Positions 61,006 through 64,000 of a DNA stretch of 64,000 nucleotides are shown here, piece by piece (within the stretch, counting starts at the first letter, position 1; each line of letters opens with the position of its first letter). Under the pieces are notes generated by a model. It worked only from the letters and a program-made list of their open reading frames with translations, did no database searches and was not told the origin of the DNA. Both the position numbers and the translations under genes were made by a program. Source of the DNA: Vicugna vicugna (taxonomy: Eukaryota); NCBI GenBank assembly GCA_013265495.1, contig MU058059.1:558001-622000 (forward strand), in the 5' to 3' direction.

Positions 61006-63784
61006 AAAAGAGATTGAGGGCTAAGTTCTAGCCAGTCCTGGGTCAAGCTGAGGTTGGGAGCTGTGGCTGGCTATCTGGCCTGAACTCAGGTAGCCTGACT
61101 CTCCCCACACGTGGCTCCACCAAGTGTCCAACCAGTCTACTCTTCAAGCCTGGCCATGCAGGAGGCTCTGTTTCCTTTTGCTTCACTTTGTATTGTAAAC
61201 AAATACTGAGGAACTTTTCATAGAATAGCAATCAATCATTATCACTCTTTCTAATATGACAAAACTGTCCCATCATTTTTGTTTAACAGCTTCTGTTCTT
61301 TGTCAAAATATGTTGACATTTTATATAAAATGGCACACATGTAATATCTGGTTACTGATTTTTTCATTTCGCATAATATTACATACATTTTCTTAAATAC
61401 TACATAGTCATTACAGCTATCCTTTCACACGGCTACACAATTAGTTCTTCCAAAACACTTATCAAGGGGGTGCATTGTGCCAAGCACCATGGAAACACCA
61501 TTTCATTCAATTTATATGAAAAAACATTGAACTAAGAGGTGGGGTAGAAATGGGAGCAGAAATAGGATCAAGAAGAGCTTTGATTTTTAATTTCAAGGGA
61601 AAAATACATACGTGGGTGCCGATGAGGCTGATACAGTAGAAAGAGGTAAACTAATGATGCAGGAGAGAGAGTTGCTAGAGGGACATCCCAGGGAATATTT
61701 AGCCCGTCGGAGGCAGAGCATGTGGGACAGCACGGAAGGTGAGTAGCTGTAGTTGTGGGAGGGTGGGGGAGATTTCCTCGGATTGTCTTGGTTTTCTTAT
61801 TAACTGCAGAGAAACAGAAAGCAATGTGGGGGTGCCAGAAAAGGTGATGAAGGTTTGTGAAGAGAAGAAGAACAAAATGGCGGACGGGCCAGGAAAGTAT
61901 TGTTTAATTGCTGGAAGGACGAAAGTCCGATGGGAGGTTTGTGGCTTTGTGGTCATGAGAAGTGACACCAGTCAGTGTGGTTGTGATTTTTTCTCTCCAG
62001 TCATTTTTAGCTGCATCAATGAAGGTGCAAAGTTGGTTCAAAATCAGCTTTAACCAGGGATGTGGTTTTGATGAGTTAGGATTACATAGTGACAAAGGAG
62101 CAAAGGAATCAAGGAAATATCCACGGGAGTGATTTTAATGATGTGTATTTATGACATACTCTGCTTCTCAAAGGGCTCACAGTCTGCTGAAGGAAAGATA
62201 AGGAATAATTGTATGGTGAAAAATATGAGAACAGAAGAACACATAGGATGCCATGAAAACACAAAGGATTTGATGTCCTGTGTTTTACTAAACTGTGATA
62301 GACTATTGCTATTAATTACAGAAAATGTCACAATAAACATTTTGGGATCTATAACACATTTTTAATAATACTTCTAGAAATAAGTCTGAATTCTTTCATT
62401 CTCTCCCTTATTGGCTTAACTAATATTTGGGGGTTTTTTTCTACACCCAAATATTTTAGAGAATAAAGTTTTAGGACTTGTGTTTGGACTTCTAATGATA
62501 CAATTATCTTATTTCTATAACTTTCTTTTCTAGATCACAGAGGTTTTCTAGGGATATTAAGGTCAAACATAGCCATTTTACCCTGAATTTGGAATTATCA
62601 CTGTATAAGCCACCCAGCTTGAAAATGACCTTAGCCAAAGATAATTATCTCAAGAACCATGGTTTTCCTCTTTGTGTTCTCTTTTCTGAGGAGCTCTCAC
62701 CAATAACAATATGAATTGTGTCCTTATAATTCAGTAGAAATTTATTACACACTTGAACTCCAGCTGTGGGAAGTATCAAGTTCTTTAGCAGACAGAAGGC
62801 TTGTAAGAGGAGGTGATTCTTACATATCGTACGGCCGTATCCACTCAAGGTAACCTGTTACACACATTTTAAATGATTTCCTGTACTTGAGTTACCAATG
62901 GGACTAATTCCTTAATCAGTCTCGTACCTTCTGACTGCACTTCAGCATCGCATGTGTCCACTGCAGTTTCACTGCAACCCTGTCAGTATCGGATACTCTA
63001 AGCATATTTTAAATAATATTTTCAATGCTTGTTGTTGAAAAATAGTTGGGAGTGGTACAGTAAAACTGCACTGCAAAATTGTCAGTGTCTTTTAAACAGC
63101 AAGTGATTAAGTGGTCCTTAAAGTACTAAGCATGTATGCTTGAATTCCTTATCTTTAAACTACTTAAACTATCTATACAACTGGTGGGCTGTACCTCGTA
63201 GACCAGGGAGAGAGAACAATAGCTTATTTCCATTTATACACAGAAAAGAAGCCCTGCCTCTCCCTCTCCTACCAAAAAGGAGAGAAACCTTTGCTCCTTG
63301 GAGACAGGATGGAAGGGATCCTAGGTTCTGACCTTAACCTTTTTAAATGTCAATAAAATCTATCCAGAAGCAAGAGAGCCTTCTGTGTCTAGGATTTTTT
63401 TGACCTAGAAATGCCTCATGCATTTCAGCTTTGCCCCTTTTGACATGTAAATGCCTGAGGAAATGGCGCTCCCAGCCTCCCTGAACCTTGGGGCCCCTGG
63501 AGCTGCCTCTGAGCTGTAGCCTTCTGGCCCTCTCATGGAGATGAGAAAAGCTGTACTGTCCTTTCACAAACAGTAGTTAACTAGACAAATGGCTACGTAC
63601 TTTTCTCCTGGTACAAGAAGAGTGAAATATTTCTAGAGGAAAGGAAAGCAAACATTCTTTATCATTCTATTCGCATTTCCCTGTGTCAGGAGACTAGACT
63701 TTTTACTGGAATACTGAGAAATCCAGGGAAACTTTATCTCCCCGTGGCATGTAAATTGCTTTCAGTAAAGCCAATTGGACAACA

Positions 63785-64000
63785 AAAAAGAGAAGAATAA
63801 ACCGTTGATACATGCAACAGCATTACGAATTTTGATGAATCTCAAAACATCATGTTGTGTGAAAGAAACTATACACAGAAGAATATGCACTGTAGGAACC
63901 CATATGTAGAAGAAGTTCAAGAATGGGCAAAACTTAGTTATTGTGATGAAAGTCACAAGAGTGTTTGCCTCTAGAGAAGTGAAGATAGAGTATAAGGGTT
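63785..64000 (+). mobile_element. Old L1 3'UTR fragment (runs off the window)
   Basis: ttgatacatgcaacagc...gatgaatctcaaaacatcatgttgtgtgaaagaa...aagttcaagaatgggcaaaact. Confidence 0.75.

Noticed and set aside
62764..62823. Possible 60-nt intron splitting the 62854-62701 unit
   Set aside because: Shorter than typical minimal mammalian introns and in-frame without stops, so it was treated as exonic or spurious
1..64000. CRISPR arrays, operons, prokaryotic defence systems, rRNA
   Set aside because: The sequence is eutherian genomic DNA; no spaced direct-repeat array or rRNA similarity was seen

Overview
AT-rich, repeat-dense mammalian genomic DNA, most likely a camelid (alpaca/llama/camel). The evidence is six copies of a tRNA-Ala(AGC)-derived SINE with the camelid vic-1-type head, plus young lineage-specific L1 3' ends. 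A large part of the window is interspersed repeat: old and young L1, L2, MIR, MaLR/ERVL/ERV1 LTRs, a Tigger/MER44 transposon, microsatellites, and a two-LTR ERV-L (LTR16-type) provirus at ~49.8-53.9 kb that has lost RT/RNase H and carries a nested LTR. I recognise no known protein-coding gene. The ORFs in the supplied track are repeat-derived or of chance length. Four kinds of unexplained structure stand out. (i) A small CpG-enriched element at 16.55-16.76 kb has splice donors facing outward on both strands, and a phase-consistent 4-exon, 73-aa microprotein model with an N-myristoylation-type start (MGNIITS) can be built from it. (ii) A second CpG/CTCF-like element at 57.7-57.9 kb heads a chain of strong minus-strand exon-like units with stops (decayed gene or lncRNA). 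(iii) There are atypical retrotransposition products: a tailless L1 5'-end-only insert with TSDs and an L1 3' transduction. (iv) Two near-identical young L1 ends are probably polymorphic. All gene models were assembled by eye and are hypotheses. Repeat family names come from recalled consensus features, not from a RepeatMasker run, and boundaries without TSDs are approximate.
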